Source of the DNA: a bacterium
GTDB lineage: Bacteria; Synergistota; GBS-1
Direction of reading: 5' to 3'
NCBI GenBank assembly: GCA_030153785.1
Contig: JASKLF010000009.1
Span: forward strand, 1-64,000
Length of the DNA: 64,000 nucleotides
Of the stretch, positions 1 to 7,744 are shown in pieces. The translations under genes were made by a program, and so were the position numbers. The notes under the pieces were generated by a model. That model did no database searches. It worked only from the letters and a program-made list of their open reading frames with translations, and was not told the origin of the DNA. Every line of letters starts with the position of its first letter. The first letter of the stretch is position 1.

Positions 1-13
1 TATCGGGAGGGAG

Positions 14-678
14 GTGAAAAACATGAGGAAGCTTTTTATTTTGCTTTTAGCTTTGTTTCTTTTTTCCACAAGCATAGCAACCGCTCAACCTAACTTCAAT
101 TATATTAGCCCTCTACTTGACGATACAGACATAAACATTACCTATGGAAACTGGGTTATCGGCTGGGCAGATTCCAGTTGGAGTGACATTCAAAATTTAA
201 CTAACGATTCTGGATTTTGGGAGCTTGAAAACCTTATAAGCAGTTATGTTTCTTGGGATTCCGATGTGGATTTGTACGGCTTTCAGCTTCATATTGAATG
301 GGGAACGACTGCATGGGTTTACTTGGAAATACCTACCCTTATTTACGACTCGGACGACCTTGTTATAGCTTTTAATTGGAGCACCAAGTTATAGCTTTTA
401 ATTGGAGCACCAACAATTGGGAGGTTATAGACTTTGACACTCTCCAAGCTTACATAGATAGCGCCTTCCCATTAACAATAGCTATTGCAGACAACGGAGA
501 CTATGACTTAGACTGGGGAGGAGGACAGCTTATTATCTGCACCATGGTAATAGCTAAAGTCTATTCTTATGGTGGTGGCGGCGGTGGTTGCGAACTGGGG
601 GATAGCGCAGGCTTTTCATGGCTTCTTCTTCTTACACCCTTGCTTTTCTTAAAGGTCAGAAACTTAAGGAAGGACTAA
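14..678 (+). pseudogene. Secreted/surface protein with C-terminal Gly-rich-Cys/TM/basic sorting signal (Synergist-CTERM-like), frameshifted into two ORFs (14..394, 376..678)
   Basis: N-terminal signal peptide (MRKLFILLLALFLFSTSIATA). A 26-bp tandem duplication at 362-413 shifts the frame; removing one copy fuses both ORFs into a single 212-aa frame ending GGGGGGCELGDSAGFSWLLLLTPLLFLKVRNLRKD. Confidence 0.75.
362..413. repeat. Perfect 26-bp tandem duplication (gttatagcttttaattggagcaccaa x2)
   Basis: Copies read directly at 362-387 and 388-413. Confidence 0.95.
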
Positions 679-769
679 TCAGCAACTTTTCCTTCAATTG
701 GTGTTCAATTGGGGCATCTCTGATATAATAATTATCAACTATTTCTCTTTCTTCAGGGAGGGATCGTCT

Positions 770-1600
770 TTGAAAATTTGCATAATTGGCGTAGGCTTGA
801 TGGGTGGATCCTTGGGAATGGCTTTAAGAAAACGACTCGGGGCGTTTGTTGTGGGAGTCGTTCGCAAGGAGGAGACGGGAATCAAGGCTTTAGAGCTGGG
901 GGCTTTAGATAGATGGACTCTATCCCTTGAAGAAGGGGTTAAGGATGTGGATTATGTTTTTTTCGCCACACCCGTGAAGAGTATAGGTCCTTTGTTTAGG
1001 AGAGCCCAACCTCATATAAGGGAGGGGGCTTTGATAAGCGATCTTGGAAGTACCAAAAGAAACGTTGTTAAGGATATTACATCGATTTTAAGAAAAGACC
1101 TTGCCTTTATAGGCGGACACCCAATGACGGGTTCCGAAAAAAGAGGAGTAGAACACGGAAGGGAAACCCTTTATGAAGGTGCCCCTTATATATTAACTCC
1201 CCTACCACCTTTTGATAGAGGTAGGGTAGGGGAGTTAATAGACCTTGTTAAGGGCATAGGAGCAAAGCCTTATATCCTTGAGCCAGAAAAACATGACCTT
1301 ATAGTCGCCCTTATAAGTCATCTTCCCTACCTTCTTTCCATCGCTCTGGTAGAACTCGTAAGTAAAGATGAGACAGCCCAAGAATTAGTAGCTGGGAATT
1401 TTAGAGACTTAACAAGACCAGCTTTAAGCGATCCAATCATGTGGAGGGATATTATCTCAGATAACAGAGACTTTATAAAGAAAAGATTAGAAGAATTAAT
1501 TGAAATAATAGCCCAGCTTTTGGACAAGGATGATGTGGAAAAAGAAAGGTTCTTCGAAAAAGTAAGAGAAATGAGAAGCAAATTATATCAGGTAAGTTGA
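770..1600 (+). CDS. tyrA: Prephenate dehydrogenase
   Basis: IIGVGLMGGS Rossmann motif, SDLGSTK, GGHPMTGSE, HD..VALISHLP. Start moved to TTG 770 behind a GGGAGG SD (ORF track starts at 698). Confidence 0.92.
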   Translation: MKICIIGVGLMGGSLGMALRKRLGAFVVGVVRKEETGIKALELGALDRWTLSLEEGVKDVDYVFFATPVKSIGPLFRRAQPHIREGALISDLGSTKRNVVKDITSILRKDLAFIGGHPMTGSEKRGVEHGRETLYEGAPYILTPLPPFDRGRVGELIDLVKGIGAKPYILEPEKHDLIVALISHLPYLLSIALVELVSKDETAQELVAGNFRDLTRPALSDPIMWRDIISDNRDFIKKRLEELIEIIAQLLDKDDVEKERFFEKVREMRSKLYQVS

Positions 1601-2613
1601 CCTGAAGGGTAAGACCCCAGAAGCTTCACAAAGGTGGAAATTTCCTCAAGTTCCGCTAATGCTTCTTGCACATCCTTATCTTTCAGGCTACCTTTGAAAT
1701 CCATAAAGAAAATATAGTCCCAAGGTTTCGTCTTAACTGGCCTTGAATGAATACTTGTCAAGTCGATTTCTCTTTTGGCAAAAGGACCCAACGCTTTGTG
1801 TAAGGCCCCTGGAACATTTTTAACGCTGAATATAAGGCTTGTTTTGTCTCCCTCAACGGGATTTCTCGATATCACTATGAATCTTGTGTAATTGTTCTTC
1901 CTATCCTGGATGGACCTGTCTATTATTTTTAAGCCGTATATTTCTGATAGTAATTCTCCGCCAAGAGCCGCCTCCCCTTTCTCTTTAGCTATCTGAGCTG
2001 CCTTGGCAGTGCTTTCCACACTTATTGCCACTGCGTCAGGCAATTTTTCCGCAAGATAATTTCTACATTGTTCTAAAGCATGAGAATGAGAGTAAACTTC
2101 CTTTATCTCCGATGGTTCCTTGTTTGAAAGGAGACAAATATCTATCTTTTCGTATTTTTCTCCAACTATGTGAACATTTCTTTCCAGAAGTAGGTCTAAA
2201 ACTTCTCCAACAGGTCCTGCTAAGCTATTATCTATTGGGAGGATTGAAAGATCAGATTTCCCACTTTCAACTACATCAAAAAGCTCTCTGAAGTTTTTGC
2301 ATGGTATTAGTTCCACATAATGTGAGAAAAGTTTTATAGCTGCTTGATGAGAAAAGCTTCCCTCCGGTCCAAGAAAGCAAATCTTTAAAGGTTCCTGAAC
2401 TTTTCTACAGAAACCGATAATTTCTCTAAATATTTCTTTATACTCGCCAGCCCAATTTATTATCTCTTGTTCCCTTTGGGGGTCCCAAGAAGCCAAGCCG
2501 TTTTCCCTTTTATATTCCCCGATTTTTCTTGCGACCTTAACCCTTTCATCTAACAGCTCTTTTATTTTTTCATCTATTTGTGATATCCTTTCTCTCAGCT
2601 CTTCAAGCGTCAT
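1588..2613 (-). CDS. pheA: Chorismate mutase/prephenate dehydratase (P-protein)
   Basis: N-terminal CM_2 domain (LEELRERISQID), LGPEGSFSHQAA, NYTRF, ACT domain with SRP. ATG 2613 follows an SD. Confidence 0.93.
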   Translation of the reverse strand: MTLEELRERISQIDEKIKELLDERVKVARKIGEYKRENGLASWDPQREQEIINWAGEYKEIFREIIGFCRKVQEPLKICFLGPEGSFSHQAAIKLFSHYVELIPCKNFRELFDVVESGKSDLSILPIDNSLAGPVGEVLDLLLERNVHIVGEKYEKIDICLLSNKEPSEIKEVYSHSHALEQCRNYLAEKLPDAVAISVESTAKAAQIAKEKGEAALGGELLSEIYGLKIIDRSIQDRKNNYTRFIVISRNPVEGDKTSLIFSVKNVPGALHKALGPFAKREIDLTSIHSRPVKTKPWDYIFFMDFKGSLKDKDVQEALAELEEISTFVKLLGSYPSGQLT

Positions 2614-2727
2614 CAAAGCACCTCCCCTCAAGATTTTAGTATACCATGTAACCTGTGCTTTTATTAATCACGAATTAAAACTCCTATTAAGACATTATAA
2701 CATTAACAGGGCATACATATATAAAGC

Positions 2728-2755
2728 TTGACTTATTTCAATCTTGTGATAAGAT
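2728..2755 (+). promoter_or_regulatory. Putative sigma70 promoter of the EPS operon
   Basis: TTGACT-16 nt-TAAGAT with a TG extended -10. Confidence 0.5.
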
Positions 2756-2810
2756 TTAAGTAATAAAAATGTGCGAGAATTCACCCGATTTTTAGAAAGG
2801 AGTTCTTAGA

Positions 2811-3908
2811 ATGAACACTTCCCCCCGAAGGTATAAGAGTTTGTTTCTTCCCCCCTTAATTATCTTGTTGATTTTCCTTTCTTCTTGTGGTAGTGGGATA
2901 TCTTCGCTGGATATATCTATGGAAGAGTTAAAAGAAGGCATCAAACTTGGGCTTGATAAGGAATTGAGGTCACCGCAGGGCCTTCTTTACACATCCACGA
3001 AAGATAAAAGCTTCCTTTCCGAAACCATAGGGCTTGAGATGATTTGGCGCTTACTCGAGAACAACAAAGAGAAGTTTGACTTTCAGTTTTCTTTACTTAA
3101 GCAATATTTTATATCTCCTACCAATTTACTTTATTGGAAAATTACGGAAGATTTTCAGAAGCTAAAGGCAAATGCCACTATAGATGACCTCAGAGTCTGC
3201 AAAGCTTTAATCCTTGCCTATAAGAATTGGGGGGATACAGCTTACATAGATGTAGCTAAACAAATCGGGAAAGCGCTTTTGGACTATTGTACATATCAAG
3301 ATATCCTTCTTGATGGAGTTTCTTGGGAATCTGGAGGTTTTTGGGGGGGAATAGCAATAAGCCAGGAAACTAAATCTATAACCCTTTCTTACTCTGACTT
3401 TGAAGCCATGTTCTTGTTAAGAGAGATAAATCCAAACTGGCTTAAAGTTGTACAGAGGACTTTGGGCATTGTTTTGGTGGGGGCTCTCCTTAGGGAAAGC
3501 GATGTCTATTGGGGATATAATATAAGCGATGGAAGTTACAATGATAATGGGAAAAATCTCATAAATAAGCTACTACATCTACTTCACTTGGCCAGCGTTG
3601 GTAGTGTGCCCATAGATCATGTTAGAAGACTTTCCTCTAAGTTATATACAGAAGGGGGTTTGTTTGACTATAGTGGGAACGAAAACATAGCGGTCTATTC
3701 GCTCGCGGCACTTCTGTTTCACCAAAGCGGGTTCTATAGTGAAGCGGAATTAGCTCTTGACAAGCTAAAAAATTTTAGGTTAGAAAATGGCTTGCTTGGC
3801 TACCCTTCCAATAATATCGAAGGGGAAGCCTGGGCTTTTGATAACCTTCTTGCTCTTATAGCAATTGAAACCATATTACAAGATAAGGGTAAAATAGAGG
3901 AGAGGTGA
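2811..3908 (+). CDS. Glycoside hydrolase family 8-like lipoprotein (YdaJ/PssZ-like)
   Basis: Lipobox LSSC; LSETIG and NATIDDLRV motifs typical of YdaJ/PssZ-type (alpha/alpha)6 hydrolases; first gene of the EPS operon. Confidence 0.75.
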   Translation: MNTSPRRYKSLFLPPLIILLIFLSSCGSGISSLDISMEELKEGIKLGLDKELRSPQGLLYTSTKDKSFLSETIGLEMIWRLLENNKEKFDFQFSLLKQYFISPTNLLYWKITEDFQKLKANATIDDLRVCKALILAYKNWGDTAYIDVAKQIGKALLDYCTYQDILLDGVSWESGGFWGGIAISQETKSITLSYSDFEAMFLLREINPNWLKVVQRTLGIVLVGALLRESDVYWGYNISDGSYNDNGKNLINKLLHLLHLASVGSVPIDHVRRLSSKLYTEGGLFDYSGNENIAVYSLAALLFHQSGFYSEAELALDKLKNFRLENGLLGYPSNNIEGEAWAFDNLLALIAIETILQDKGKIEER

Positions 3909-3912
3909 TAAA

Positions 3913-4782
3913 GTGTTGGCAAAACAGGTAAATTCGTTCAAGGAAAAAATTTATATATTTCTGACCTTGCTTTTTGTGGGTTTTGCAATTATGCAGACAT
4001 GGCTTTTTATTAATAATGCCTTTACTCTGGAACAATTTATAATGTCGACCTTAAGCGTCTTTATCCTGTTTGTGGGGTTAACGTTGGGGTTAAATATGGC
4101 TCTTATAATAGCTTTGATAAGTATATTCCTATACGGTTCTGCAATCATGTACATATATTTCAGGGCAGGAGGGGAAATAGAAATAGGAACAACCCAATTT
4201 TTCTGGCTCATTGCTATTCCATGTTTTGCATACTTGGGGGGGCTTTTGCACAGAGAGTATATGCGGATATACAAGAGTTATGCAAACATTGTGACCAACA
4301 TAGATGAACTTGTTGCACTTGACGAGGTTGTTGGACTGGAAAACTCTAAGAGGTTTGCCTTTCGTGTTACAGAAGAAATATCAAGGGCTAAACGATATGG
4401 AGGGAAGTTCAGCGTTCTTTTGCTGAAGATAGCCTACTTGCAAGAGCTTGCAGATGTTCATGGAGAGACGGTCAAAAATTTAGTGCTGAAAAAGGTTGCT
4501 GAGGTCCTAAAGGATAACAAACGGTATGAAGACTTTCTTGCATATCTTTCAGAGGGGGAGTACGGATTTTTGCTTCCGAATACCCCTAAGGAGGGTGCAG
4601 AAAACATGAGAAACAGAATAAAACAAAAGCTACTATACGTGGATGTGGTTCCTAAAGAAGGGGATTTCAGGAGAATAAAGTTAACGGTTAAGACGGGCAT
4701 TGCTACTTATCCTGACGACGGCGAAGATTATACGGCTCTTCTATGGGTAGCAAGAAGAGGTTTTGAATATGATCTTAAATAA
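3913..4782 (+). CDS. Membrane-bound degenerate GGDEF protein, probable c-di-GMP receptor (YdaK/PssE-like)
   Basis: About 4 N-terminal TM helices; GGDEF fold with intact RxxD I-site (RYED) but the active-site motif replaced by SEGEY. Confidence 0.85.
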   Translation: MLAKQVNSFKEKIYIFLTLLFVGFAIMQTWLFINNAFTLEQFIMSTLSVFILFVGLTLGLNMALIIALISIFLYGSAIMYIYFRAGGEIEIGTTQFFWLIAIPCFAYLGGLLHREYMRIYKSYANIVTNIDELVALDEVVGLENSKRFAFRVTEEISRAKRYGGKFSVLLLKIAYLQELADVHGETVKNLVLKKVAEVLKDNKRYEDFLAYLSEGEYGFLLPNTPKEGAENMRNRIKQKLLYVDVVPKEGDFRRIKLTVKTGIATYPDDGEDYTALLWVARRGFEYDLK

Positions 4783-4951
4783 CATGCTTTCCTCCCTTAA
4801 TTCCAATAATAATGAGGATTTAACTTTTATAGAGAAAGTAAGCCCTACATTATGTTATGCTTTACTGGGCTTAGCGATCTTGCTATCTTTTGTTCTAATC
4901 CTATTGTATAAAACTTATTCTGAAAAAGAAAAGAGAAAGTTATTCCGATGA
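4763..4951 (+). CDS. Small single-TM membrane protein
   Basis: Fills the gap between operon genes; ATGA overlap with the next gene; TM plus basic tail KEKRKLFR. Start uncertain (4763/4769/4784). Confidence 0.55.
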   Translation: MNMILNNMLSSLNSNNNEDLTFIEKVSPTLCYALLGLAILLSFVLILLYKTYSEKEKRKLFR

Positions 4952-6495
4952 GGAAAGTCCTAATAGTTTTACTCACGGTTTTTGTTTTGCTCTTACTCAT
5001 ACAATATAATACTGCTTTTGGTGAAAGAAAAAGTGCCCTTGTACTTTACGATGAATTAACAACGGACTATAGCGTAGCCTTAGTAAATCTGCTGGGGCAT
5101 TTTTTCTTTGAATACGACACTAAAACGGAACATATCTTAAGAGCATCTATAGATAAAATTAAATCCGTAGACGTTCTTTTCGTCTTGTCTTCTTACAACT
5201 CCGTAAAGCCTTCCGGCGTTATTCTTGAAGCGATAAACTCCAGAAATCAAAAACCTGAAAAGGTTACCTGTCTTATAGGTACACCCTCTTGGCTCAAAAA
5301 GTCTGACAAATATCAAGTTTTTGCCTATGTAAGCTATAAGGGGCAACACTACAGGGGAAGCTACGGAATCTATCCGCTGGAAATAGAATCAGGTCACCCT
5401 ATAGCCTTTTTTGATGACGAAACTAAAGTTTTTATTTCTAAAAATGGCAATCTATGGATAGTGCAAGGTTTTCCTTTTTTTGGGGTCCATTCTTGGATAT
5501 TTGCCGATGTTCTTCATGATATATTGGGGGTTCAGCACAAACCCCAAAAATCGATGTTTCTGAGGCTTGAGGATGTCAACCCTTCTTATGGCGATGCCGA
5601 GCTTGAGAAGCTTGAGAAATGTATAAACTATCTTTACAGTCAAGGAGTTCCATTTGCAATAGCAGTATATCCAGTTTTTATTGATTTCAGTGAGGGGAGG
5701 GTCATCACGCTTCTCCAAAATGAAAAGCTGGTCTCCCTTCTAAAAAGAGCGGAGAAAATGGGAGGAAGTATTATAATGCATGGGACTTCCCACCAGTATA
5801 GAATAGTTTCAGGGGAAGGTTCGGAGTTTTGGGATGTACTGGAAGACAAACCTCTCTCAAACGAAAAGGAATATTTTCACAGAAGGATGCAATACGGTTT
5901 ATGGGTATTCAGAGAGGCTGGATTAACCCCTATATTTTTTGAAGCTCCACACTATAACTTGCCTCCAACTCTTCAACTGGAGATGCACCAGTACTTTAAG
6001 ACCATTTTGGGAACTCTAATGATAAATAATAAAACCTATAAAACTTCTCAAACTCCTCCCTTCATAGTATATAAAACTTATTCAGGGCTTACCCTTTTAC
6101 CAGAACAGCTAGGCTACATATCTGCAGAGGATAAAATAGGCTCCATAGAAAAAATAAAGGAACGAGCTTTAGAGCTTGGGCAGATAGTTAGAGACCCCAC
6201 AGTCTGTTTCTTTTATCATCCTTATTTAGACGGAGATAAACCTCTGAGAGAGCTTATACCCTTCTTCCGCGACCACGGTTTCAGATTCATCAATGTTGCT
6301 CCTTTCGGAGCTCCGACTTTCTTTGATGTAAAAGAAGTACCTCCTATATGGGAAATCAAAGAAGAGGGAAATTTATACTTCGGCAAAATTCCAGCTCTTC
6401 TTGCTGTAGTATCGGCAATAGCTCTCCTTTTTATATATCTGAGGCTTACATCAAGAAGAAAAAGGAGGCTATTCGAAATTGATAGGACCTCTTGA
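4948..6495 (+). CDS. DUF2334 polysaccharide deacetylase-like protein (YdaL/PssB-like)
   Basis: Signal peptide, LRLEDV, IMHGTSHQ, FEAPHY, FFYHPY motifs; C-terminal TM anchor. Confidence 0.85.
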   Translation: MRKVLIVLLTVFVLLLLIQYNTAFGERKSALVLYDELTTDYSVALVNLLGHFFFEYDTKTEHILRASIDKIKSVDVLFVLSSYNSVKPSGVILEAINSRNQKPEKVTCLIGTPSWLKKSDKYQVFAYVSYKGQHYRGSYGIYPLEIESGHPIAFFDDETKVFISKNGNLWIVQGFPFFGVHSWIFADVLHDILGVQHKPQKSMFLRLEDVNPSYGDAELEKLEKCINYLYSQGVPFAIAVYPVFIDFSEGRVITLLQNEKLVSLLKRAEKMGGSIIMHGTSHQYRIVSGEGSEFWDVLEDKPLSNEKEYFHRRMQYGLWVFREAGLTPIFFEAPHYNLPPTLQLEMHQYFKTILGTLMINNKTYKTSQTPPFIVYKTYSGLTLLPEQLGYISAEDKIGSIEKIKERALELGQIVRDPTVCFFYHPYLDGDKPLRELIPFFRDHGFRFINVAPFGAPTFFDVKEVPPIWEIKEEGNLYFGKIPALLAVVSAIALLFIYLRLTSRRKRRLFEIDRTS

Positions 6496-7744
6496 TTATA
6501 TCTATCTAACGTGTTTGATAATCATCTGGTCTCTTTTACTTTATCATGTGCTTCTTTCTTATGCAGGATATAGGTATTCTTTAAGGGCAGAACGCGAGAA
6601 AGAGGAACTTGATAAAACTCCAATAGGGCCTTTACCAACGGTGACCGTTTTAATCCCAGCGCATAATGAAGAAGCTGTAATAGAGCAAACTTTGCTCGCA
6701 GTGGGAAGTTTAGACTATCCAGAGGACAAGCTCGAAGTTATCTGTCTTAATGATAACTCTACAGACGATACAGGAATGGTGGCGAGAAAAACAGCTGCCA
6801 AAATAGGAAACCACGTTAAAGTTGTGGATGTTCCTCCTGAAAGAGGAAGAAGGGGTAAGTCAGCTGTTTTAAACTACGGCCTCCAACTTGCAAAGGGAGA
6901 AGTCATTGCTGTATACGACGCAGACAATACACCTGAAAGAAGCGCCTTGCTTTATTTGGTGAGAAACCTGGTTAGGGAAAAAGAAAAGCTTGGCGCGGTA
7001 ATAGGTAAATTTAGAACCCGAAACAGGGATAAAAACCTACTTACTCGTTTTATAAACTTAGAAACCATTTTTTATCAGTGGACAACGCAGGCTGGTAGGT
7101 GGTTTCTATACAAACTTGCAACAATACCTGGTACGAACTTTGTAATATGGAAAAGCCTTCTACTTGAGCTTGGAGGATGGGATACCAAGGCTCTTACTGA
7201 AGATACCGAGCTTTCCATTAGGGTATATTTGAAAGGTTTTTTGATAAAAATGATTCCTTACGCTATAACATGGGAAGAGGAACCTGAGAGGTTGAAAGTA
7301 TGGTTTAAACAGAGAACAAGATGGGCAAAGGGTAATATCTATGTGCTTTTAAAATTTCTTTTTCCTCTCCTCGTTTCAGGCAATTTAAGGCTACTTTTGG
7401 ATTTGCTGTATCTTATTGTAATTTACTTCCTTTTCCTGCTTAGCATATGTGCCTCATCTTTCATTTTCTTCTTAGGTATTACGGGATTAGGTAACCTTAT
7501 ATTGAAAGGGCCTTTTGACCTTCTTTGGTTAATGGCAGTGGTCTTATTTGTAATTGAGCTTGGCATCACTTTGACCCCTGAACCAGGGGAAAATAGAAGA
7601 AGCAATCTACTTTTAGCGGTATTAATGTATTTCACCTATACCCAGCTTTGGGTTCTTGTAGTGATAAATGCAATATGGCAATTGTTAACCTCTCCTTTTA
7701 GGAGAAAAAAGGTAATCTGGTACAAAACGGAAAGGGCAGGGTGA
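6479..7744 (+). CDS. Processive GT2 glycosyltransferase, polysaccharide synthase (YdaM/PssC-like)
   Basis: IPAHNEE, DAD, TED and QRTRW (QxxRW) motifs; N- and C-terminal TM helices; no PilZ domain. Confidence 0.92.
   Translation: MIGPLDYIYLTCLIIIWSLLLYHVLLSYAGYRYSLRAEREKEELDKTPIGPLPTVTVLIPAHNEEAVIEQTLLAVGSLDYPEDKLEVICLNDNSTDDTGMVARKTAAKIGNHVKVVDVPPERGRRGKSAVLNYGLQLAKGEVIAVYDADNTPERSALLYLVRNLVREKEKLGAVIGKFRTRNRDKNLLTRFINLETIFYQWTTQAGRWFLYKLATIPGTNFVIWKSLLLELGGWDTKALTEDTELSIRVYLKGFLIKMIPYAITWEEEPERLKVWFKQRTRWAKGNIYVLLKFLFPLLVSGNLRLLLDLLYLIVIYFLFLLSICASSFIFFLGITGLGNLILKGPFDLLWLMAVVLFVIELGITLTPEPGENRRSNLLLAVLMYFTYTQLWVLVVINAIWQLLTSPFRRKKVIWYKTERAG

Noticed and set aside
362..413. Direct repeats as a possible CRISPR remnant
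   Set aside because: Only two abutting copies, no spacer, no cas genes in the window.
2632..2810. c-di-GMP riboswitch or T-box in the pheA/EPS intergenic region
   Set aside because: AT-rich, with no recognisable conserved motifs or stems.
3913..4782. Active diguanylate cyclase call
   Set aside because: The GGDEF motif is replaced by SEGEY.
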